Below are positions 1-7,719 of a stretch of 64,000 bases of DNA, one piece after another. The DNA is taken from the IMG/VR virus record IMGVR_UViG_3300040816_000831. One strand, given 5' to 3'. Below the pieces are notes generated by a model, which had not been told where the DNA came from, searched no databases, and saw only the letters and a list, made by a program, of their open reading frames with translations. This DNA is from a virus. Made by a program: the position numbers and the translations under genes. Numbering within the stretch: the stretch's first letter is position 1; every line of letters begins with the position of its first letter.

Positions 1-990
1 CAATATAAAATCTTTTGGTAGTTTCATAAGAGATAAAGCTTCTCTTACTGTTAAGTATCTATCTTCATCCGGATGAGTTAAGCACGTTGGCATATGTCCA
101 ACAAATGCTCCTATTTTATCTTTAGGAATCTCTGTAGTTTTTCTCATGATATTACCACCAGCTTTGAGCTTATGATATTGCCTATCGCATTTCTTTGCAA
201 CATTATCATATCCATTTTCTCTCATCCATTTAGCTACTTCTTTATATGTTGTTCTTTCTTCAATGTAGTCCATTGGGTTTGTTGTCTTTTCTATTTTATC
301 TTGAAATTCACTATGTGATATACCACCTTCTAATACTTCAAGAACATATCGATAATATGGTTCTTCAGAAGGTTTCTTTTCATTACAAAGAATTTGACTC
401 ATTGGGTCATCATCTTTTCTTTCAACTTCTCTTATATCATCAGCAATCATTGTAGGTCTTTCTAGTACATATTCAAATAATGGTACTTCATTACCTTTCC
501 AAAAGAAATAGAATGTTCTATCTCGTACTTGGCTGAGTCCATGTAGTATAGATTTTGTTTTAAAGATACTAAAAGTATATCCATTATCTTCTCCTATCTT
601 CCTCAATCTTCTTACAACGGGTTCTCCCATCTTACTTGCAAGCCTTGGTGCGTTCTCTCCCCAAAATACTTTTGGTTGTACTTCACTAAGTACATATTCA
701 GCAGATGTAAACATCCATTCGTTCATAGGATTATTACTTGCAGCTGATGGACTAAGTGAGCTGAGCCCTGCACATGGGCATACAGTATTAATCACATTAA
801 CTTTTTCTGTGTAACTCGCTCCCTCTGAGAGGTTCAAATATGGGACCTCATGGTTATAATGATTTAATAAGTGAGATTCATTAGCTTGAAAGCCTTCATA
901 TGTCATAATATACTTTGGTCTTTCTCCAAAGACATTTTCCATTGCTATTGTTTCTCCACCTATTAGTGGTACTATACTCGCATAACTCAT
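1..990 (-). CDS. C5 cytosine DNA methyltransferase-like protein (3' end runs off the window; absent from ORF track)
   Basis: Hand translation from ATG at 990 (ATGA overlap with upstream stop): MSYASIVPLIGGETIAM...TVCPCAGLS (motif IV PC)...FWGENAPRL (motif VI)...SQVRDRTFYF (motif VIII)...HPDEDRYLTVREALSLMKLP (motif IX-like). Motif I is degenerate. Confidence 0.8.
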   Translation of the reverse strand, partial: MSYASIVPLIGGETIAMENVFGERPKYIMTYEGFQANESHLLNHYNHEVPYLNLSEGASYTEKVNVINTVCPCAGLSSLSPSAASNNPMNEWMFTSAEYVLSEVQPKVFWGENAPRLASKMGEPVVRRLRKIGEDNGYTFSIFKTKSILHGLSQVRDRTFYFFWKGNEVPLFEYVLERPTMIADDIREVERKDDDPMSQILCNEKKPSEEPYYRYVLEVLEGGISHSEFQDKIEKTTNPMDYIEERTTYKEVAKWMRENGYDNVAKKCDRQYHKLKAGGNIMRKTTEIPKDKIGAFVGHMPTCLTHPDEDRYLTVREALSLMKLPKDFIL

Positions 991-1967
991 GCAAAAAACT
1001 CCTCTAGTCCAGCCTTTTCAATTCCATTCCAATATGGATAGAACTCTCTGGATAAATGTATTGATTGTGGTTTCTCCATATATTTAAAATCGAGCTTACC
1101 TTCTTTATTAAAGAGATGACCGGTCCATCTTTTGATACCGTATTCTTTCTCTATGTAATCGTTAAATTTATTTCTTGCATCATTTCTTTCTGACCAAGAA
1201 CCGTAAAATGGTTGTCCTTTATAATATCCTGATTGCGGTATTCTTCTACTTACATCTTCTATTGGAAGCAACTCATATATCTTTGCATTATACTTATGAG
1301 CTTCTTCAATATACCTATCAGCTAAATCTTCTATCTTTTGTCCTAGTCTAATTACATGATGTCTTATATCAATATTACCAAAATAGCATTCAAGCTCTTC
1401 ATAATCGTAAGGAATGTATTTATCAAATCCTTCGTTTAAAGCTCCATTTAAAGTTTTGAATGGAACACTGTTTACTGTCCAACCTGGTCGATACATGCAG
1501 ATGGAATGACTATCACCAATAACTATTTTAGAAGTTGGATTAGGATAGTCGATTCTTTCAGCTTCATTAAACATGCGTTCTAGATTTTTAAGGTCTACAT
1601 CATGCCATTCCGGTTGAACCTCTTTCTTAGCCGATTCCAGTTTTGATTTAACCATTTCGTGATACGGCGGGAAGTCGATTCCAATTGAAAAGACTCTGCC
1701 TTTGAACTTAGAAAAGTTGACAGTGTTCTTAACATAAGGAAAACCGTATACGCCACCAAACATATTAATTCCACCACTCCAATCAGTGCCGTGATAGACC
1801 CAAAGACTATCATAATCATTGTGGTCTTCAATTTCTCCACCGTAGTTAACATCGCAGTTTCCATATTTCTCCTTTATCATATCGCCATACATTACTCCTG
1901 CAGCTCCTCTATGAGAAGCAGCTCTCTTAGCTATTGGAATAAATGGACAATTAATTATATTTTTCAT
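987..1967 (-). CDS. Two-domain protein with C-terminal SGNH/GDSL hydrolase-like domain
   Basis: IVIGDSHS (block I), YFGNIDIRHH (block III-like), QSIHLS (block V-like); C-terminus LEEFFA; own promoter at 1975-2003. Confidence 0.55.
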   Translation of the reverse strand: MKNIINCPFIPIAKRAASHRGAAGVMYGDMIKEKYGNCDVNYGGEIEDHNDYDSLWVYHGTDWSGGINMFGGVYGFPYVKNTVNFSKFKGRVFSIGIDFPPYHEMVKSKLESAKKEVQPEWHDVDLKNLERMFNEAERIDYPNPTSKIVIGDSHSICMYRPGWTVNSVPFKTLNGALNEGFDKYIPYDYEELECYFGNIDIRHHVIRLGQKIEDLADRYIEEAHKYNAKIYELLPIEDVSRRIPQSGYYKGQPFYGSWSERNDARNKFNDYIEKEYGIKRWTGHLFNKEGKLDFKYMEKPQSIHLSREFYPYWNGIEKAGLEEFFA

Positions 1968-1974
1968 TAGATAT

Positions 1975-2003
1975 ATTATACCATACTTTTGTTCAAATGT
2001 AAA
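1975..2003 (-). promoter_or_regulatory. sigma70-type early promoter
   Basis: TTTACA-17 nt-TATAAT with TGG extended -10; same motif occurs ten times in the window. Confidence 0.8.
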
Positions 2004-2008
2004 CGTTT

Positions 2009-3073
2009 TTATTCAAAGAATTCACTAAGGGTATTAGTCTTTTGTACGCGCGCCACGCGTCTACGCGCGCATGCTCGCTCGTCTTCTCTTATCTGTAGGT
2101 ATACACCAAACTGACATGACAACACTTCAGTTCCGTAGTATTTAAGAGAATCTTGTTCATATTGAAATAATTTACTACCGTCTTTCTTATTTATATTGAA
2201 AGCTTTTGGATGAAATACAACATCTTTTGTTAATCCTATTTCATCTGAATTTTCTCTCATATAGTATATTGCTTCGTCATACAATTTCTTTGGAGCTTCT
2301 GGCCACATTAATTGTATTGTATACACAGCTCCTGGACCCGGCGATACAAATCTTTGGTCATGATGATACTTCATTTGTGGTAATACAGATGAAGAAGCAG
2401 CTCCATGGAATCCGTAATAATGTCCTATGCCAGGTTGTTCTCTTAAAAGAGTATAAATCTCTGACATATGATTACATTGTTGCATTCGTTCTAAGAAACC
2501 AGTATCTCTAAAAGAAGATACCCATTCACAAACATCAACTGCATGAAACTTTCTATCTGGTTCGTTATACTTTTCACGACAATAGTTTCTAGCAGCAGTT
2601 TGTATAGATGTGTGTAATTCTGTTGTTCCCCAAATTGGTTGCTTATTCTTTATTGCTTTATCTAAATTATTACGAACATATTGAATATAATCTTTATTTC
2701 CATTTGCTATTCTATCAAAATCAACAAAGACGTTATCTTCTCCTGAAGCAAGAAAATGAACTCCTCTTCCACCATAGAAATGAGATATAAAAGTATTACC
2801 TACAATATTCATTATTGTAGTATCTAGACTTGCTATCTCTTGACCAATAAATCTCATACGGTCATCAAGTGTAATTGTTGGATGAAAATATTCTACATCT
2901 TCGCCAAGACCAAAATCATTCTTGCCATGACGATTTACTGATTCATATTGTTCTTTTGAATATCCAAGTTGTATATTAGACCTTTCATTAACTTTATATA
3001 GAAACCAATTGAACTCTTTCATGAGTTCTTTATCGTAATTCGACCAATCGTAATTATATTTAGTACTTGACAC
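2009..3073 (-). CDS. aGPT-PPlase / 5-hmdU DNA kinase helical-domain family protein (HhH glycosylase-like base-hypermodification enzyme)
   Basis: PGIGHYYGF helix-hairpin-helix-like motif, SPGPGA, EVLSCQFGVY; these resemble the GxGxF...GPGA...ExxLCxxxKY pattern of the family; C-terminus LSEFFE. Confidence 0.6.
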   Translation of the reverse strand: MSSTKYNYDWSNYDKELMKEFNWFLYKVNERSNIQLGYSKEQYESVNRHGKNDFGLGEDVEYFHPTITLDDRMRFIGQEIASLDTTIMNIVGNTFISHFYGGRGVHFLASGEDNVFVDFDRIANGNKDYIQYVRNNLDKAIKNKQPIWGTTELHTSIQTAARNYCREKYNEPDRKFHAVDVCEWVSSFRDTGFLERMQQCNHMSEIYTLLREQPGIGHYYGFHGAASSSVLPQMKYHHDQRFVSPGPGAVYTIQLMWPEAPKKLYDEAIYYMRENSDEIGLTKDVVFHPKAFNINKKDGSKLFQYEQDSLKYYGTEVLSCQFGVYLQIREDERACARRRVARVQKTNTLSEFFE

Positions 3074-3473
3074 GTTCCTCGTTATCTCTCTTTAAATGAA
3101 CAATTGATATATCAGGACATCTTTTTTTAATCTCTTTGATTTGAATTGGGTCATCTTCGAAATGCATTTCTATTTCTACTCCCAAGTCTTTTAACATATT
3201 AATCATTTGTCCTTTAAAGATACCAGAAGCTTTTCTGCCATATAGTGGATTTTCTTTTACTCCATGAGTCACTTTATGATTTTTTAGTTTTCTTTCAAGT
3301 GGATTCATGTAAAGAGTATTATATATTCCTCTAGATTCTAGCATTTTTACTGTAGCTTCTCTATCAGCAAAAGGCCGCCCAGTAATGATGATGTCATCTT
3401 TACCGGGTCTTACGCCTGTGGTGCTTTCACCAAAATAGATTACTCCATCGATGTCAAACGAATTAATTTTCAT
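3060..3473 (-). CDS. HAD-superfamily phosphatase
   Basis: SFDIDGV (motif I), ITGR (II), K (III), HFEDD (IV); start taken at MKINSF. Confidence 0.8.
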   Translation of the reverse strand: MKINSFDIDGVIYFGESTTGVRPGKDDIIITGRPFADREATVKMLESRGIYNTLYMNPLERKLKNHKVTHGVKENPLYGRKASGIFKGQMINMLKDLGVEIEMHFEDDPIQIKEIKKRCPDISIVHLKRDNEERVKY

Positions 3474-4755
3474 AATCATTCTTCGCATCTTGGAAGGTGT
3501 GAGGCAAATCTGCTGCCTTCGGTCTATTCTCTTTGAGCTGTGGAGTAGTAATATCTGTCAATACTCTCCTAGCTAAAGCATCACATTCAAATTTGGCATC
3601 TTGAGTTTTGAGCTGTAATGGAGGAGTCTTTTGAGTCCATGCTGATGGTCCTCTTAAATATCCTACAATGCCCATCTCTGAAGCTACCTTACAAAATCTA
3701 ATTGCTGAAACAACAACTCCACCAGAGTTTGGAGAGTCTTGAACTGAAAGTCTAGCTGACATTTCATATCTTGCTCCTGCAAATCCATAAGCAACCATAT
3801 CAAAGTTAGCTATTTTATTATCAGATGAGATATAATCTCCACCTGGTTTTTGTTGAACAGTAAGAGATGGACCAGCAAATAATGTCATACCTGCAGTTGA
3901 TTCTCCTCTTACGCTGTTTTGTCCTTTTAAAACATTTTCTTTTGATACATGTTTGTTATGTAATCTATATTGTTTTGCCATATTCAAGAAGTCAGTATTT
4001 GCTGTTCTTCCTGTTCTTATATGCTCTTGTCCTTGTGTAGAACCAGCAGCCATATTCATTTGAATGTGTTGTGTTACCATTAAACCTGAATCTAACATAG
4101 CACCTTGTAGAACTTCTGACATTCTTGAAGCTCCCCAGGCTGACCTCATATCTGAACCAACAATTGTAAGTCCTGCATCTATGAATCTTTGTTCAGTTAT
4201 CATAGCATCTTCTGTTGAAATCAATGTCGGTATACAGTTTACGAAATGTATTCCTGCATCTAACGCAACATCAATCCAGTATTTAGAAGCTTCTTCTGAA
4301 CCAACTGGTAAATAGTTAATGAGTACATCTACATCATGATACTGTAGTAACTCAACAGTTCTTTCAAAAGATTCTGCTGGTACAGCTCCATTTACAAATG
4401 TGACTTCATCTGGATAATCATGCATGTGAGGAGCTATTCCGTCCATTTCTGGAGCTGAATAGACCATTGCATCATTATTTACAGCTGAACTATTTGATGT
4501 AGTTGTTATTTTTTCGACATGGTCCATAGCGCAATTAGGTTGAGCTCTTAAAGCTTTTGCTAATTTTTTATTTACTTTCCTTTTATCGATATCAAATCCA
4601 ATAACAAACTCGATGTCGTGTACTGAATATCCGCCGATATCTTCATACATTAGACCAATTTTGTCTTCTGGATTTTCGTTATAATATTGTACACCTTCCA
4701 CTAAAGACTTTGCACAACTTCCGACGCCGATTATTCCGGCTTTTATTTTTGACAT
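3463..4755 (-). CDS. ino1: myo-inositol-1-phosphate synthase-like protein
   Basis: GIIGVGSCA Rossmann motif, INYLPVGSEEA, FVNCIP, NTDFLNM, SDNK, QDSPNSGGVV, KTPP; SD AAGGAG. Confidence 0.85.
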   Translation of the reverse strand: MSKIKAGIIGVGSCAKSLVEGVQYYNENPEDKIGLMYEDIGGYSVHDIEFVIGFDIDKRKVNKKLAKALRAQPNCAMDHVEKITTTSNSSAVNNDAMVYSAPEMDGIAPHMHDYPDEVTFVNGAVPAESFERTVELLQYHDVDVLINYLPVGSEEASKYWIDVALDAGIHFVNCIPTLISTEDAMITEQRFIDAGLTIVGSDMRSAWGASRMSEVLQGAMLDSGLMVTQHIQMNMAAGSTQGQEHIRTGRTANTDFLNMAKQYRLHNKHVSKENVLKGQNSVRGESTAGMTLFAGPSLTVQQKPGGDYISSDNKIANFDMVAYGFAGARYEMSARLSVQDSPNSGGVVVSAIRFCKVASEMGIVGYLRGPSAWTQKTPPLQLKTQDAKFECDALARRVLTDITTPQLKENRPKAADLPHTFQDAKNDYEN

Positions 4756-4817
4756 ATTATTCTCCTTATATCAGTTTATTTGAGTGAGAAATTTGACTGG
4801 CGTACCAGAGTAGCTCA

Positions 4818-5123
4818 CTATATACTATTAGTTATAACACTTATCAGACCACTTCCAAGGATAATGACTGCTGCTGTGTTTAAAATTATCAATGCTCTAT
4901 CTTTCCAGATAAGAGCTACTATTAACCAACCGAATGTTCCAACTAAGGAAAACGCTTGGTCATAGAGAGCAAGGTCAGGATTAGACCTGCTTGCCATAGC
5001 AATTAAAAGAATAGCTGATGCTACCCATTTAATATACCAATCAATTGTATACTTAGGAGTTGCGCTCTTAAATATACGCTTTGAATTTTTTATTTCTTGT
5101 TCGTTAAATTTCGGTGAATTCAT
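4818..5123 (-). CDS. Small membrane protein with about three TM helices
   Basis: Three hydrophobic segments after DWYIKW; overlaps dCMP deaminase stop. Confidence 0.6.
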   Translation of the reverse strand: MNSPKFNEQEIKNSKRIFKSATPKYTIDWYIKWVASAILLIAMASRSNPDLALYDQAFSLVGTFGWLIVALIWKDRALIILNTAAVIILGSGLISVITNSI

Positions 5124-5544
5124 ATTTTACATTAGCCTCTTTAAATATTTCATGTGTTTTTTCTATTGCTTCTTTCCATCTATCTGGAGTATTTTCTGAA
5201 AGCGATACAACTCTAGATATTCCTGCTTGTATTATACCTAATGAGCAATGACCACAAACTGGTAAACCATAAATATATAATATAGAATCTTTTAAAGATA
5301 TTCCATTTTCTGCAGCATTATATATACAATTCATTTCTGCATGAACTACATATTGATACTTTGTTTCTCTATGATTATATCTTTCTTTACTATCTTCAAT
5401 ACCTTTAGGAAATCCATTATATCCTGTTGCTAATATTTTTCTATCTCTTACAGCAATTGCACCTATTTTTCTACTTGGGTCTTTACTCCATGTAGATATT
5501 TCACGAGCAATATCAAGAAATCTTTTATCCCACTTATTTAACAA
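5104..5544 (-). CDS. cd: dCMP deaminase
   Basis: SKDPSRKIGA, TGYNGFP, VHAEMN, PVCGHC zinc motifs; probable TTG start at 5544 after GAGAGG. Confidence 0.9.
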   Translation of the reverse strand: MLNKWDKRFLDIAREISTWSKDPSRKIGAIAVRDRKILATGYNGFPKGIEDSKERYNHRETKYQYVVHAEMNCIYNAAENGISLKDSILYIYGLPVCGHCSLGIIQAGISRVVSLSENTPDRWKEAIEKTHEIFKEANVKYEFTEI

Positions 5545-6211
5545 GGTCAAAGTGCCTCTCATACACATGTAAGTTTTGTACTTGCCAATAAATTTTACCA
5601 CCACTTTTAAGTGGATGACCATTATAGTATAAATCTTTTTCTAGTTTTTCTAATACGTATTTTTGCCAAGCGTAATCATTTCGATAACCATATACAACGT
5701 CATTACTTCTCATTTGAACTACACAATGTAATTGTTCATCTCTTATATAATATGTAACAGCATTTGTACAAATAAAATCATTCTTACCATCTTCTTTAAA
5801 TTCGCGCCAGATACTTGGTCTTTGATATACCATTGAAGCTCTACGAGAATCTGGATTAATTTCACTTAGTTCTTTTACTACTTGATTATATTGTCTATGA
5901 AATTTTTTACTGAATATAAGATGACCATAATTAGAATTGATTTCACCATAATCATTTGCAGAATATTCCCATGCTGCTGGCGACTTACCATATATTTCAG
6001 CAAGTTTATTAATATTAGTTGACCTAGAATTATACCATTCTATTTCAGCATCAATATATTCTTGATTGGGTTTACCAAAAATTGATGGCTTATCTGCTAG
6101 AAAAGACGCAGCAAATATTTCGATTGTTTTACAACCAGTCTTATCATCGGTAAACTCTTTGTTTTTAAGTTTATCGATAAACGTATTTGCGATATCTTTA
6201 GTCTTCAACAT
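5534..6211 (-). CDS. gp42: dCMP hydroxymethylase (T4 gp42 type)
   Basis: DKTGCKTIEI, EINSNYG, NPDSRRA, DFICTNAV, MRSNDVVYGYRNDYAWQKYVL, LHVYERHF closely match T4 gp42, including the Asp of RND that specifies dCMP over dUMP. Confidence 0.9.
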   Translation of the reverse strand: MLKTKDIANTFIDKLKNKEFTDDKTGCKTIEIFAASFLADKPSIFGKPNQEYIDAEIEWYNSRSTNINKLAEIYGKSPAAWEYSANDYGEINSNYGHLIFSKKFHRQYNQVVKELSEINPDSRRASMVYQRPSIWREFKEDGKNDFICTNAVTYYIRDEQLHCVVQMRSNDVVYGYRNDYAWQKYVLEKLEKDLYYNGHPLKSGGKIYWQVQNLHVYERHFDLVK

Positions 6212-6527
6212 TACTTACCTTTTTGTTGAACATATCTCTTGTTGGGTCTTGGCCTTCCATTTTACCTCGAGCATAAGCAACAGCAAAAGAACAATAGTTA
6301 ATCATATCTTTATAAGTATCTTCAATACTTTCGAAGTTTGGGTCATCGGCTGATTCAAGCAATGAAGTTGCTCTCATCATTTTACCAAGAATAATATCAT
6401 GAATCGTATCAATGCCACGTCTATAATGCATGGCTTGGACTACTGTTGATTCAGAACTTTGATAGTCTTGGGATTTTTTAGTTTGTAGTTCTGCGCATTC
6501 TTGCAGGACTCTTAAGCTTTCTTTCAT
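6198..6527 (-). CDS. Nucleotide modification-associated domain (Nmad1/DUF1599-like) all-helical protein
   Basis: KKSQDY and ESIEDTYKDMINYC motifs; coupled to gp42. Confidence 0.65.
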   Translation of the reverse strand: MKESLRVLQECAELQTKKSQDYQSSESTVVQAMHYRRGIDTIHDIILGKMMRATSLLESADDPNFESIEDTYKDMINYCSFAVAYARGKMEGQDPTRDMFNKKVSNVED

Positions 6528-6556
6528 AATGTCTCCATAATTAATTAGATATATCT

Positions 6557-6585
6557 ATTATATCATACTTTTGGTTAAATGTAAA
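6557..6585 (-). promoter_or_regulatory. sigma70-type early promoter heading the modification cluster
   Basis: TTTACA-17-TATAAT with TGA extended -10. Confidence 0.8.
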
Positions 6586-6592
6586 CTGTTTT

Positions 6593-7015
6593 TTAATATA
6601 TTTTACTACTTGTAAATTTTCGTAGTTCATCACCTTTACCTTTAAAGGTTGTTATCATTTTCATTTTACTTATTGGCCAACCACACATTACTCTTCCATC
6701 GCGTGTAGTTATTTCTTTTGTATCATTTCTATCAATACACTCCCATAATATTGCATCAGGGGAGTTATCATATTCAACAAAGAAAAGACGGTCTACTGAT
6801 TTACATTTTGGTACTTGATTTTTCCAAGCTGTATTTACAGTAAAGTAACCAAAGGGATGTCTATTTTGGCATTTAACTTCTGCTGTTTCATCAAGTATCA
6901 TACCATCTTTTTTGCTATCATATTTGTCAGTACTTTGTTCACCACTAAAGTAATCAAAAACTAATTGTTCGGCTAAAAAGCCCATCTTTTCTTTATTTGT
7001 TTTATATGTATTCAT
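6593..7015 (-). CDS. Putative PD-(D/E)xK nuclease
   Basis: GFLAE...KKDG...AEVKCQ spacing fits E...D...ExK. Confidence 0.45.
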   Translation of the reverse strand: MNTYKTNKEKMGFLAEQLVFDYFSGEQSTDKYDSKKDGMILDETAEVKCQNRHPFGYFTVNTAWKNQVPKCKSVDRLFFVEYDNSPDAILWECIDRNDTKEITTRDGRVMCGWPISKMKMITTFKGKGDELRKFTSSKIY

Positions 7016-7446
7016 TATCTACTAAGAGATTTATTGTATATAATACCTTCTGATATTAATACTTCTCTATTCCACATGTGTCCTTTTTCAGTGTCATCTT
7101 TTGACTGACCAAAATAAGGAACTGCATGACAATCTTTTATCATTTGTTGATTAACACTAAAATTAGAATTACCTATAAAAAGTTCACCAAGTATTCTGCC
7201 AAACTTTCCTTTATCATGAGATTGTAATTGAACCTCTTGGTCTTTTAGTATTTTCTTTAAGTGAGCTTTTGAAGCTAAGCCATAAAACTTTTCTTCTAAA
7301 TCTCTAGTTCTAGATTCTGGAGTATCAATACCCATCATTCTAACTCTTTGTTTTTTGTAGACCATTCCAAATCCTAAATCGATATCTACATCAACTGTAT
7401 CTCCATCTACGACTCTTGTGACCTTTACGTTATATCTATAGCTCAT
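7015..7446 (-). CDS. Thermonuclease (SNase) family nuclease
   Basis: VVDGDTV, RMMGIDTPES, GKFGRILG. Confidence 0.9.
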   Translation of the reverse strand: MSYRYNVKVTRVVDGDTVDVDIDLGFGMVYKKQRVRMMGIDTPESRTRDLEEKFYGLASKAHLKKILKDQEVQLQSHDKGKFGRILGELFIGNSNFSVNQQMIKDCHAVPYFGQSKDDTEKGHMWNREVLISEGIIYNKSLSR

Positions 7447-7709
7447 TAGTCTTCTCCTATTACTGCTTTAATGTGGTCAGCGTCTATAATAACAGCTGCG
7501 TTACCATCAACATTTACTGCCATTGACTTTGACCAATCTAAAAAGACTCTTTGTCCTGTCATGACTTTATCTAAAGCTCCAGTACTAACTGCTAAAACTA
7601 ATCCTGGTTTACTTGCGTTGTCAATATTTTCAGTAAGTATAATACCACCGGCCGATTGACTTTCTTTTTGTACTTCTGTTACGAGTACGTTGTTTCCTAA
7701 CATTTTCAT
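7446..7709 (-). CDS. groES: GroES-like co-chaperonin
   Basis: MLGNNVLV...SAGGIIL...GLVLAVSTG...IKAVI. Confidence 0.8.
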   Translation of the reverse strand: MKMLGNNVLVTEVQKESQSAGGIILTENIDNASKPGLVLAVSTGALDKVMTGQRVFLDWSKSMAVNVDGNAAVIIDADHIKAVIGED

Positions 7710-7719
7710 AATATCTCTC

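Noticed and set aside
2045-2082. CG-dense patch (cgcgcgccacgcgtctacgcgcgc) in an AT-rich genome
   Set aside because: Explained by the ERACARRRVAR coding sequence; no convincing structure or second copy.
5534-6211. Ordinary thymidylate synthase or dUMP hydroxymethylase
   Set aside because: Sequence follows T4 gp42 throughout and has Asp rather than Asn at the specificity position.
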